NCBI GenBank assembly: GCA_947483975.1
Contig: CANKOL010000003.1
Location: forward strand, 1 to 43,630
Length of the DNA: 43,630 nt
Reading direction: 5' to 3'
Source: Sandaracinaceae bacterium
Lineage (GTDB): Bacteria > Myxococcota_A > Polyangia > Polyangiales > JADJQN01
The translations under genes and the position numbers were made by a program. Each line of letters begins with the position of its first letter. Within the stretch, counting starts at the first letter, position 1. Below, in pieces: positions 31,050 through 40,224 of this stretch. The notes below the pieces were generated by a model. It ran no database searches and had not been told where the DNA came from. It worked only from the letters and a program-made list of their open reading frames with translations.

Positions 31050-32590
31050 TCGCTGCGCTTCTCCCGGTCATCGTCGCCGCGCCCGCAGTGGCGGCGCTCA
31101 TCCTCCTCGCGATCCCTTCGCGGTATGCGATCGCGACGCGCGTCGTCTCCATGGCGGGCGCGACGGTGTCCTTCGCAGGTTCGGTGCTCGCCGCCGTGCA
31201 TTACGATCGGCACGTGGGCGGGCTGCAGATGCCCTTCGACTTGCCGCTGATCCCCTCGCTCGGAGTCCATCTGAGCCTGGCGATCGATGGCTGGGGTGTC
31301 TCGCTCGTCCTGCTGACCGGCGTGATCATCTTCGCCGCGGTGCTCGCGAGCTTCACCGTTCAGCGTCGCGACAAAGAGTTCTTCATCTACCTGCTGGTCC
31401 TGGTGTCGGGCGTCTTCGGCGTCTTCGTCTGCCAGGATCTGCTGATCTTCTTCTTGTTCTACGAGATCGCCGTTCTGCCGATGTACCTGCTCATCGGCAT
31501 CTGGGGCTCGAGCAACGTCGTCCCGGAGGCGGGGCCTTTCCGCTTCGTGTGGAAGATCTTCGACGTCGGTGGGCGCGAGTACGCCGCGATGAAGCTGACG
31601 GTGATGCTGCTGCTCGGCTCAGCCGCGATCCTCGTCAGCATCTTCGTGCTCTATCAGGGGGCCGGCGCGACGACGTTCAACCTCGGCGTGCTCGGCGCCG
31701 TGCCCTACGCGCGCACGACGCAGATCATCGTCTTCCCGCTGCTGTGGATGGGCTTTGGCTCGCTCGGCGGCGTGTTCCCCTTCCACACTTGGTCGCCCGA
31801 CGGGCACGCCGCTGCGCCGACGGCGGTGTCGATGCTGCACGCCGGCGTGCTGATGAAGCTGGGCGCGTTCGGCGTGATCCGCATCGGCATGATGCTGCTG
31901 CCGGTGGGCGCCGCGTACTGGGCGCCGACCGTCGGCGCGGTCGCGGTCGTCAACATCCTCTACGGCGCGATGTGCGCGATGAGCCAGAAGGACCTCAAGT
32001 ACATCGTCGCGTACTCGTCGGTCAGTCATATGGGCGTCGTCATGCTCGGCGCCGCGACGCTCAACGCGACCGGCTGGAACGGCGCGATCTTCCAGATGTT
32101 CGCGCACGGCGTGATGACGGCGCTCTTGTTCTCGCTCGTCGGGCTCGTCTACGAGCGCGCGCACACCCGCATCATCGCGAAGATGGGCGGCTTCGGCACG
32201 ATCATGCCGGGCGTCGCGACGTTCTTCACGCTCGCGATGCTGTCGTCGCTCGGCCTGCCGGGCACGGCGGGCTTCGCCGCTGAGCTGATGGTCTTCCTCG
32301 GCGCGTGGCACGGCTCGCACGCCTGGTGGACCATCCCCGCGATCCTCGGCGCCTTCGTCACCGCGATCTACGTGCTGCGCGCGAGCCGCGCGATCTTCTG
32401 GGGCCCCGGCCCGAGCGAGCACTTCCACGACCTCTACGATGCGCGCGGCGTCGAGTGGGCCGCGCCCATCGTGTTGGCGGTCGCCATCGTGGTGTTCGGC
32501 GTCTGGCCTAGATTGCTGCTCGATCTGATCGACCCAGCGACCATCGAGTACCTGCGCGACTTCGCGAGCGCGATCGTGAGGCAGCCGTGA
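31046..32590 (+). CDS. nuoM: Complex I-like antiporter subunit M
   Basis: FYEIAVLPMYLLIGIWG, FPFHTWSPDGHAAAPTAVSMLHAGVLMKLG, AYSSVSHMG, SLGLPGTAGF. Confidence 0.96.
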   Translation: MIAALLPVIVAAPAVAALILLAIPSRYAIATRVVSMAGATVSFAGSVLAAVHYDRHVGGLQMPFDLPLIPSLGVHLSLAIDGWGVSLVLLTGVIIFAAVLASFTVQRRDKEFFIYLLVLVSGVFGVFVCQDLLIFFLFYEIAVLPMYLLIGIWGSSNVVPEAGPFRFVWKIFDVGGREYAAMKLTVMLLLGSAAILVSIFVLYQGAGATTFNLGVLGAVPYARTTQIIVFPLLWMGFGSLGGVFPFHTWSPDGHAAAPTAVSMLHAGVLMKLGAFGVIRIGMMLLPVGAAYWAPTVGAVAVVNILYGAMCAMSQKDLKYIVAYSSVSHMGVVMLGAATLNATGWNGAIFQMFAHGVMTALLFSLVGLVYERAHTRIIAKMGGFGTIMPGVATFFTLAMLSSLGLPGTAGFAAELMVFLGAWHGSHAWWTIPAILGAFVTAIYVLRASRAIFWGPGPSEHFHDLYDARGVEWAAPIVLAVAIVVFGVWPRLLLDLIDPATIEYLRDFASAIVRQP

Positions 32591-34143
32591 CCTTCGATAC
32601 GCTGCGTCCTCTGGTGCTTCCGCTCGCCGTCACCGCGGCGGCGCTCGTCGTGCTCCTAGCGGACCTCGCGCTGCCGCCCAACAGCGCGCGGCGCGGCAAG
32701 GTCCTCGGCGGCCTGACCGTGGCGCTCCTCAGCGGCGTGCTCGTCGCCTCGTTCGTCGTCGACACCTCCGGCCTTGCGGCGCACGGCGCCTACGTCGGCA
32801 ACGCGTGGACGACCTTCTTCGCGCGCTTGTTCCTCGTCGCCGGAGCGCTGGGCGTCCTCGGCGCGATGGAACACCTCGAGGCGCACGCGCCTAGACGGCA
32901 GGGCGAGTACTACACGCTGTTGCTCTTCAGCATCGTCGGCATGATGATCGTGCCGGGCGCGCGCGACTTGCTGCTGCTCGTCGTCGCCTTCGAGCTGATG
33001 GGCATCCCGCTCTACATCCTCGCGGCGTACGCGAAGACCGACGCGGCGAAGACGCGCAAGGTGTCCGACCCTGCGCGCGCGTTCGACGCGGCGGAGGCTG
33101 CGAAGGCACCCCACGCGCCCGCGGCAGAGGCCGCGATCAAGCTCTATCTCGTCGGCGCGACCAGCACGGCGATCACGCTGTTCGGTCTGTCGCTCGTCGT
33201 CGGCATGGCTGGGACCACGCGCCTCGCCGGGCTCTTCGGCGCCGAGACGCCCGCGCCGATCACGGTCGTCGGGATGATGCTCGTGCTCGCGGGGCTCTCG
33301 TTCAAGATCGGCGTCGTCCCCTTCCATATGTGGGTCCCCGACACGTACGAGGGCGCGCCGACTCCGTTCGTCGCGTTCCTCTCCGTGGCGCCGAAGGCCG
33401 GCGGCATCGCGGCGCTCGTCGTCGTGTTCCTGCTCGGCACGGGCGGACATCCAGGGCACTGGACGCTCGCCATCGCCGTGCTCGCCGCGGCGTCGATGAC
33501 CATCGGCAACCTGCTCGCGCTGCCGCAGACGGATGTGCGTCGTCTGCTCGGCTTCTCGGGCGTCGCGCAGATGGGCTATGTGCTGCTCGCGATCGCGACC
33601 GGCAACGCAGAGGGGCTGTCGACGGCTGCGTTCTACCTCGCCGCGTACGTCGTCTCGAACATGGGCGCGTTCCTCGTGCTGCACGCGGTCGCGGCGGATG
33701 GCGGCACGCACGACCTCGCGGGGCTCGCGGGGCTCTCGCGGCGCTCGCCGTTCCTCGGGCTCTCGCTGCTGGCGTTCTTGCTCTCGCTCGCCGGCATCCC
33801 GTTCATGATCGGCTTCTGGGCGAAGCTCTTCATCTTCCTCGCGGCCTATCGCGCGGGCCTCGTCGGGCTCGTCGTGCTCGGCTCCGTGCTCGCGGTCGTC
33901 GGCTTGTTCTACTATCTGCAGGTGGCGCGGGCGGCCTACATGGTCGAGCCGACTCAGGCTGCTGCGCCGCGCGTCGGCGGAGCGCTGCGGGCGGCCATCT
34001 TGTTCTGTCTGCTTGCCGCGGCGGGGCTCGGTCTCTGGCCGGCGCCGCTCCACGAGAGCGCCAGCGAAGCAGGCGCCTCACTTTCGAACTCGCTCTCGAC
34101 GGGCACTCCAGCGCCGGTTTCACCAGGAGACGATTCTCAATGA
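32587..34143 (+). CDS. nuoN: Complex I-like antiporter subunit N
   Basis: FELMGIPLY, FKIGVVPFHMWVPDTYEGAPTP, SLAGIP..IGFWAK. Confidence 0.96.
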   Translation: MTFDTLRPLVLPLAVTAAALVVLLADLALPPNSARRGKVLGGLTVALLSGVLVASFVVDTSGLAAHGAYVGNAWTTFFARLFLVAGALGVLGAMEHLEAHAPRRQGEYYTLLLFSIVGMMIVPGARDLLLLVVAFELMGIPLYILAAYAKTDAAKTRKVSDPARAFDAAEAAKAPHAPAAEAAIKLYLVGATSTAITLFGLSLVVGMAGTTRLAGLFGAETPAPITVVGMMLVLAGLSFKIGVVPFHMWVPDTYEGAPTPFVAFLSVAPKAGGIAALVVVFLLGTGGHPGHWTLAIAVLAAASMTIGNLLALPQTDVRRLLGFSGVAQMGYVLLAIATGNAEGLSTAAFYLAAYVVSNMGAFLVLHAVAADGGTHDLAGLAGLSRRSPFLGLSLLAFLLSLAGIPFMIGFWAKLFIFLAAYRAGLVGLVVLGSVLAVVGLFYYLQVARAAYMVEPTQAAAPRVGGALRAAILFCLLAAAGLGLWPAPLHESASEAGASLSNSLSTGTPAPVSPGDDSQ

Positions 34144-35966
34144 GCATTCCTTCGGTCTCAGGCAGCGGTCACTCGAGCGACCTGACCATCGGCATGGCCG
34201 GGTCGGGCGGCGATGGCATCGTCAGCGCGGGTGAGTCCCTCATCGCGGCGGCGGCGAGCCAGGGCTATCACGCGATCATGACCAAGAGCTTCGGCTCTCA
34301 GATCCGCGGCGGCGAGTCCTCCTGTCGCGTGCGCATCGCGGTCGACCGTATCTACAATCCAGGCGGCGTACTCGACGTCGCGGTCGCGCTCAACTGGGAG
34401 GACTTCCTGCGCTTCGGTGCGGAGCTGCCCGTCGGCCCGTCGACCGTGGTGATCTACGAGGAGAAGACCGGCGTTGCGCCGGACAAGCTCCCGATCGTAG
34501 GCGTCGTGCCGACCGACGTCTTCGCGGTGCCGATCGCCGAGCTCGCCCGGAAGGCTGCCGGCACGGACATGGCCAAGAACACCATCGTCCTCGGGCTCCT
34601 CGCGGGCTGGTTCGACATCGCGCCGGAAGGCATCGTGCGGGGCATCCGCAAGCGCTTCGCCAAGAAGAGCGCGGAGCTCGTCGCGGCCAACGAAGAGGCG
34701 TTCCGCGTCGGCACCGAGTACGCGAAGTCGCACCCGCTGCGCGTGCCGCGCGTGCTCAAGCGCCCGCTCGAGAACACCGGCGGCAAGATGCTGCTCGATG
34801 GCAACGATATGTGCGCGGCGGCGGCGATCTTCGCGGGTTGCGAGGCGTTTGGCGGCTATCCGATCACGCCGTCGACCGAGATCATGCAGTTCCTCACGCG
34901 CGAGATCTGGAAGTACGGCGGCACCGTGATGCAGGCCGAGGACGAGATCGCGAGCATCGGTGTCGCGATTGGCTCGTCGTACGCGGGCAAGAAGTCGATG
35001 ACCGCGACCTCCGGGCCCGGCATGGCGCTCAAGACCGAGATGCTCGGCCTCGCGACCATCGCGGAACTCCCGCTGGTGCTCGTCAACGTGCAGCGCGGTG
35101 GCCCCTCGACAGGGCTGCCGACCAAGCCCGAGCAGAGCGACCTCTTTCAGGCGGCCTACTCTGGGCACGGCGATGTGCTTCGGCCGATCCTCGCGCCGAC
35201 GACCGTCGCGGACACCTTCCGGATCACGGTCGAGGCGTTCAACATCGCCGAGGAATACCAGACGCCGGTGATCATCCTGTCGGACCAGGAGATCGGCCAG
35301 CGCAAGGAGACCGCGGACCCGATCGACACCAGCCAGTTCAAGATCATCGACCGGCTGAAGCCGACCGCCGTCGAGCTCGAGAGCTACAACCGCTTCCGCC
35401 TCACGGAGTCGGGCATCAGCCCGATCAGCCACCCCGGCATGGCTGGCGGCAATTACCTCGCCTCCGGCATCGAGCACAACGAGCACGGTGACCCGACGGG
35501 CAGCGGCGCGCTCCACAAGCTCATGAACGAGAAGCGCTTCCGCAAGCTCGACCCGCTCAAGCAGCGGCGCGATCTCTTCGCCGTCGAGGGCGATGTGGAC
35601 GCGGACGTCGCGATGATCGCCTGGGGCTCGGTCGCCGGCGTGTGTCACGAGGCGCTCGCCATCGCGCGCGCCGCGGGTGTGCGGGCCAAGCTGCTCGTGC
35701 CGTATCTGATCTACCCGATCGCCGAGGAGGTCTACGACGACTTCTTCGCGGGTGTGCGCGTGGGGCTCGTCGTCGAGCTCTCGCATCAAGGGCAGCTCTA
35801 TCGGATCCTGCGCAGCTTCGTCGATGTGCCGCGCGGCGTGCGGCAGATGACGCGCAACGGCGCCAACCCGTTCCAGCCTCGTGAGGTGGCGGACGAGCTG
35901 ATGAAGCTCGCGAGCGCTCCGGCCCAAGTTCGCGGTGCAGCAGCCAGCGCAGGAGTGACGCAATGA
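34140..35966 (+). CDS. korA: 2-oxoacid:ferredoxin oxidoreductase alpha subunit (gamma-alpha fusion, KorA type)
   Basis: GSGGDGIVSAG, QIRGGES, GYPITPSTE, QAEDEIAS, TSGPG, VQRGGPSTGLPTK; ATGA overlap with the nuoN stop. Substrate specificity cannot be determined from this. Confidence 0.92.
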   Translation: MSIPSVSGSGHSSDLTIGMAGSGGDGIVSAGESLIAAAASQGYHAIMTKSFGSQIRGGESSCRVRIAVDRIYNPGGVLDVAVALNWEDFLRFGAELPVGPSTVVIYEEKTGVAPDKLPIVGVVPTDVFAVPIAELARKAAGTDMAKNTIVLGLLAGWFDIAPEGIVRGIRKRFAKKSAELVAANEEAFRVGTEYAKSHPLRVPRVLKRPLENTGGKMLLDGNDMCAAAAIFAGCEAFGGYPITPSTEIMQFLTREIWKYGGTVMQAEDEIASIGVAIGSSYAGKKSMTATSGPGMALKTEMLGLATIAELPLVLVNVQRGGPSTGLPTKPEQSDLFQAAYSGHGDVLRPILAPTTVADTFRITVEAFNIAEEYQTPVIILSDQEIGQRKETADPIDTSQFKIIDRLKPTAVELESYNRFRLTESGISPISHPGMAGGNYLASGIEHNEHGDPTGSGALHKLMNEKRFRKLDPLKQRRDLFAVEGDVDADVAMIAWGSVAGVCHEALAIARAAGVRAKLLVPYLIYPIAEEVYDDFFAGVRVGLVVELSHQGQLYRILRSFVDVPRGVRQMTRNGANPFQPREVADELMKLASAPAQVRGAAASAGVTQ

Positions 35967-36835
35967 CCACGAATCCGCTTCTGGTGGCCAAGGATTTCAA
36001 GTCCGACCTCAAGCCCATTTGGTGTCCCGGCTGCGGTGACTTCGGCGTCGTGCAGGCCATCTACCGGGCGCTCGCGGGCGTCGGGCGTCCGCCCCACGAG
36101 ATCGCGTTCGTCTCGGGAATCGGCTGCTCGAGTCGCATCCCCGGATACACGACGGCGTACGGCTTCAACAGCGTGCACGGGCGCTCACTGCCCATCGCGC
36201 AGGGCATCAAGATGGCCAATCCCGACCTGCTCGTGCTCTGCGCGGGCGGCGACGGTGACGGCTTCTCGATCGGCGGAGGGCACGTCGCGCACGCGGTCCG
36301 GCGCAATCCCGACATCACCTACATCGTGATGGACAATCAGATCTACGGGCTCACCAAGGGGCAGCTCTCGCCGACCTCGCCGTGTGGCCTCAAGACCGTG
36401 ACCTCGACGTACGGCAGCTTCGAGCAGCCGGTCAATCCGCTGCTCTATCTGCTCTCGTACGGGGCAGGCTTCGTCGCGCAGGCGACGCCCGCCGACATGG
36501 CGGGGATGGCGTCGGTGATCGAGGAGGCCATTCGTTATCCGGGCTTCTCCTTCGTCAACATTCAGTCGCCGTGCGTCACCTACGGGCAGGAGACGCAGCA
36601 GGTGAAGGCACATCGCTCGCAGATGAAGTCGCTCGCGAGCGTCGGGCACGACCCGGCGAACCGCATGGGCGCGTTCGAGCTCGCGTCGCACTACGGCGAG
36701 GAGCTCTACACGGGCGTGTTCTACCGGAACCCGACGCCGCCCCCGACGTACGACGCGCTGTTCCGCGGGCGTCAGGCGGAGCTGGCGACGAAGGTCCCGC
36801 GCGACCGCATCCTCGACATGTTCGTCCAGCGCTGA
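35963..36835 (+). CDS. korB: 2-oxoacid:ferredoxin oxidoreductase beta subunit (TPP-binding)
   Basis: WCPGCGD, SGIGCSS, HGR, GDGD...N TPP motif, YGLTKGQ.SPT, SPCVT. Confidence 0.93.
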   Translation: MTTNPLLVAKDFKSDLKPIWCPGCGDFGVVQAIYRALAGVGRPPHEIAFVSGIGCSSRIPGYTTAYGFNSVHGRSLPIAQGIKMANPDLLVLCAGGDGDGFSIGGGHVAHAVRRNPDITYIVMDNQIYGLTKGQLSPTSPCGLKTVTSTYGSFEQPVNPLLYLLSYGAGFVAQATPADMAGMASVIEEAIRYPGFSFVNIQSPCVTYGQETQQVKAHRSQMKSLASVGHDPANRMGAFELASHYGEELYTGVFYRNPTPPPTYDALFRGRQAELATKVPRDRILDMFVQR

Positions 36836-36850
36836 GCGAGGAGACACGCC

Positions 36851-37381
36851 ATGACCACCAACGTGCAGGGCATCGACTTCAGCAAGCTCTCGCTGCGTGA
36901 CGCGCTCGACCTCGCCATCCTCGTCGAGGAGGAGGCGAAGGAGCGCTACGAGGAGCTCGCCGAGCAGCTCGAGCAACACCGCACCCCGGAGGCGGCCAAG
37001 TTCTTCCGCTTCATGGTCGAGAACGAGGCGAAGCACCGGGCGGACCTCGCCGAGCGTCGCCGCGTGCTCTACGGGCGCGAGCCTTCGACCGTCACGCGCG
37101 ACATGATCTTCGACATCGAGGCGCCCGAGTACGACGAGGCGCGCGCGTTCATGTCGCTGCGGCAGGCGCTCGAGGTCGCGCTGCGCGCCGAGCAGAAGGC
37201 GCACGCGTTCTTCGTCGGGGCGATGCCGAGCGCGACGGACCCCGCGGTTCGCGCGCTCTTCGACTCCCTGCGCCTCGACGAGATCGAGCACCAGAATCTC
37301 GTGCAAGCCCAGCTCGACAAGCTGCCGCCGGACCCCGTGGCGAAGCCCGAGGACTACGGCGACGAGCCTGTCAGTCAGTAG
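36851..37381 (+). CDS. Ferritin-like/rubrerythrin-family diiron protein (no rubredoxin domain)
   Basis: Duplicated E...ExxH helices: LAILVEEEA...ENEAKH and ALRAEQKA...DEIEH; GAGGAG RBS; no CxxC pairs. Confidence 0.88.
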   Translation: MTTNVQGIDFSKLSLRDALDLAILVEEEAKERYEELAEQLEQHRTPEAAKFFRFMVENEAKHRADLAERRRVLYGREPSTVTRDMIFDIEAPEYDEARAFMSLRQALEVALRAEQKAHAFFVGAMPSATDPAVRALFDSLRLDEIEHQNLVQAQLDKLPPDPVAKPEDYGDEPVSQ

Positions 37382-37483
37382 GCGGCGGGGACGACGCAGC
37401 GGCTCCTGAGGGGGCGTGGGGCGAGGTGACTCCCGAAAGGCCGTGCGGAAGCGCGCGGCCTCGGCGTGTTACCGTCGCTGCCC

Positions 37484-40180
37484 ATGTCGCCGGGGAGCCA
37501 GCTGGATCGTGAGTCTCGACGGCTCGCGGAAGACGGTCGTCGAGAGAGCAACTGGAAGCGCTGGGGCCCTTACCTCTCGGAGAGGCAGTGGGGCACCGTG
37601 CGCGAGGACTACTCTGCGGACGGGGACGCTTGGCGGTACTTCCCGCACGAGCACGCGCGGAGTCGCACCTATCGCTGGGGCGAGGACGGGCTGCTCGGCC
37701 TCTGCGACCGGCAGGGACGGCTGTGTTTTGGCCTCGCGCTGTGGAACGAGCGCGACCCGTTCTTGAAGGAGCGCCTGTTTGGGCTCTCGGGGCCGGAGGG
37801 CAATCACGGCGAGGACGTGAAGGAGGCGTACTTCTATCTCGACTCGACGCCGACGCACTCGTATCAGCGCGCGCTCTACAAGTATCCGCAGCGGGCGTTC
37901 CCCTACGAGGAGCTGCTGCGGGTCAACCGCGAGCGTGGGCGCGGAGACCTCGAGTACGACCTCGAGGACACTGGCATCTTCGACGATGGGCGGTATTTCG
38001 ACGTCACGGCGGAGTATGCGAAGGGCGCGCCGAACGACCTCTTGATTCGGCTCACGGTAGAGAACCGCGGGCCCGACGCGGCGAAGCTGCATCTGCTGCC
38101 GACGCTCTGGTTTCGCAACACCTGGAGCTGGGGGCGCTCGAGCGAGGGTTATACCAAGCGACCTTCGCTGCGGCGGACGTCGCTGGGAGTCGTGTCCGCG
38201 GAGCACGAGAGCCTCGGGACGTATCGATTCTTCGTCTCGCCGCAGGCTGACGGCGCCGAGGTGCCGCTGCTCTTCACGGAGAACGAGTCGAACACTCAAG
38301 TGCTCTACGGAGTGCCCAACAAGGGGCCCGTGAAGGACGCGTTTCACGCGCACATCGTCTCGCGCACGCCGGGCGTGCTCGCCGCCGAAGCCGAGGGCAC
38401 GAAGTGCGCGGCGCACCATGTGCTCGAGGTGCCTGCGCGCGGGCGTGCGGTGGTGGACTTGCGGCTGACCGAGGCGAGCCTCTGCGAGGGCGCCGACTTC
38501 GCGCCGTTCGGCGAGGGTTTTGCCGCGATCTTCGCGGAGCGCCGCGCGGACGCGGACGCGTTCTATGCGGCGCGACTGCCGCCGAAGTTGACCGAGGACG
38601 AGCGCAACGTCGCGCGGCAGGCGTATGCGGGGCTGCTCTTCACGAAGCAGTTCTTTCACTACAACGTCGGGGAGTGGCTCGCTGGCGACCCCGCGCATCC
38701 GGCGCCGCCGCCTGCGCGGCTGAAGGGGCGCAATCGAGAGTGGAAGCACGTCGCGACTCGCGATGTGATCTCCATGCCGGACAAGTGGGAGTATCCCTGG
38801 TTCGCAGCGTGGGATTTGGCGTTCCACATGATCCCCTTCGCCAACATCGATCCTGGCTTTGCGAAGGACCAGCTGATCCTGTTCTTGCGCGAGTGGTACA
38901 TGCACCCGAATGGGCAGCTCCCAGCCTACGAATGGAACCTCGGGGACGTGAACCCGCCCGTGCACGCGTGGGCCGCGTGGCGCGTCTACAAGCTGACTGG
39001 GCCCAAGGGGGCGCGGGATCGGCAGTTCCTCGCGCGGGTGTTTCACAAGCTCTTGCTCAACTTCACCTGGTGGGTGAATCGGAAGGATGCTGAGGGGAAC
39101 AACCTCTTCGGCGGAGGGTTCCTCGGGCTCGACAACATCGGGATCTTCGATCGAAGCAAGCCTCTGCCGACGGGCGGACGGCTCGAGCAGGCGGACGGCA
39201 CGGCGTGGATGGCGTTCTATTGCACGACGATGCTGTCGATCGCGCTGGAGCTCGCGCGGGAGGACCCGACGTACGAGGACGTCGCGTCGAAGTTCTTCGA
39301 GCACTTCGTGCACATCGCGGACGCGATGAACACGCACGGAGGAAGTGGACTCTGGGACGAGCGCGACGGGTTTTATTACGATCAATTGCTGATCGGGGAA
39401 CAGGCGGGCGAGCAGCACATCGAGCCGATGCGAATTCGGTCGATGGTGGGGATCATTCCGCTGTTCGGCGTCGCCGTGCTCGACGACGAACTGCTCGCGT
39501 CGTTGCCCGGTTTTCGCAAGAGAATGCAGTGGTTTCTCGACAATCGCCCGGATCTCTCGCGGCAGGTCTCGTACATGGCGGGAGGCAAGCGGCATGGCGC
39601 GCTGCGCCTGCTCGCGGTGCCGTCGCGCGAGCGGTTGACGCGGGTGCTGCGCACCGTGCTCGACGAGGGCGAGATGCTGTCGCCGTATGGCGTGCGGTCG
39701 ATGTCGCTCGCGCACCGGGACAAGCCGTTCGTGCTCCAAGCGGGCGGGCAGACGTTCGATGTTCGCTATGTGCCGGGCGAGAGCGATTCGGGGATGTTTG
39801 GGGGGAATTCGAACTGGCGCGGACCGATCTGGATGCCGGTGAATTACCTGCTGATCGAGGCGCTCGATCGCTATCATCAGTATTACGGCGACGCGTTTCG
39901 CGTGGAGTGTCCGACGGACTCGGGGCAGTTGTTGACGCTCGCGCAGATCGCGCGGGAGCTGCAACGCCGGCTGACGCTGCCGTTCGTGCGCGACGAGCAC
40001 GGGCGGCGCCCGTGCCATGGGGACGACGCGCGCTTCGTGGAGGACCCGCACTGGAAGGAGCTATTGCTCTTTCACGAGTACTTCCACGGGGACACCGGGC
40101 GCGGGCTCGGCGCGTCCCATCAGACGGGCTGGACCGCGCTCGTGGCGAGCTGTCTCGACGAGGTCGGGCGGAGGCGCTGA
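37484..40180 (+). CDS. MGH1-like / GH63-family glycoside hydrolase (glucosidase)
   Basis: WGPYLSERQWGTVREDYS, GNHGEDVKE, SMPDKWEYPWFAAWDLAFH, FGGNSNWRGPIW, GLGASHQTGWT. Confidence 0.92.
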   Translation: MSPGSQLDRESRRLAEDGRRESNWKRWGPYLSERQWGTVREDYSADGDAWRYFPHEHARSRTYRWGEDGLLGLCDRQGRLCFGLALWNERDPFLKERLFGLSGPEGNHGEDVKEAYFYLDSTPTHSYQRALYKYPQRAFPYEELLRVNRERGRGDLEYDLEDTGIFDDGRYFDVTAEYAKGAPNDLLIRLTVENRGPDAAKLHLLPTLWFRNTWSWGRSSEGYTKRPSLRRTSLGVVSAEHESLGTYRFFVSPQADGAEVPLLFTENESNTQVLYGVPNKGPVKDAFHAHIVSRTPGVLAAEAEGTKCAAHHVLEVPARGRAVVDLRLTEASLCEGADFAPFGEGFAAIFAERRADADAFYAARLPPKLTEDERNVARQAYAGLLFTKQFFHYNVGEWLAGDPAHPAPPPARLKGRNREWKHVATRDVISMPDKWEYPWFAAWDLAFHMIPFANIDPGFAKDQLILFLREWYMHPNGQLPAYEWNLGDVNPPVHAWAAWRVYKLTGPKGARDRQFLARVFHKLLLNFTWWVNRKDAEGNNLFGGGFLGLDNIGIFDRSKPLPTGGRLEQADGTAWMAFYCTTMLSIALELAREDPTYEDVASKFFEHFVHIADAMNTHGGSGLWDERDGFYYDQLLIGEQAGEQHIEPMRIRSMVGIIPLFGVAVLDDELLASLPGFRKRMQWFLDNRPDLSRQVSYMAGGKRHGALRLLAVPSRERLTRVLRTVLDEGEMLSPYGVRSMSLAHRDKPFVLQAGGQTFDVRYVPGESDSGMFGGNSNWRGPIWMPVNYLLIEALDRYHQYYGDAFRVECPTDSGQLLTLAQIARELQRRLTLPFVRDEHGRRPCHGDDARFVEDPHWKELLLFHEYFHGDTGRGLGASHQTGWTALVASCLDEVGRRR

Positions 40181-40224
40181 GGGCGTATTGGACCGTCGAG
40201 AACGACGCGCGAGGGAGCGCGCGC

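Noticed and set aside
29214-34143. 2M-type complex I (extra NuoM)
   Set aside because: Only one each of L, M and N is present.
36851-37381. Encapsulin cargo ferritin-like protein
   Set aside because: No LxVGSL-type targeting peptide at the C-terminus and no encapsulin gene nearby.
15637-37465. Redox module as a recently mobile island
   Set aside because: No transposase, integrase or terminal repeats seen, and composition is broadly host-like; any transfer would be old.
37469-40051. 860-aa minus-strand ORF, and similar long ORFs such as 34158-35963, 10848-12524, 6091-8313 extension and 40748-42799
   Set aside because: These are antisense or alternate-frame shadows of well-supported genes, expected at high GC; the translations are Arg/Ala-rich with no motifs.
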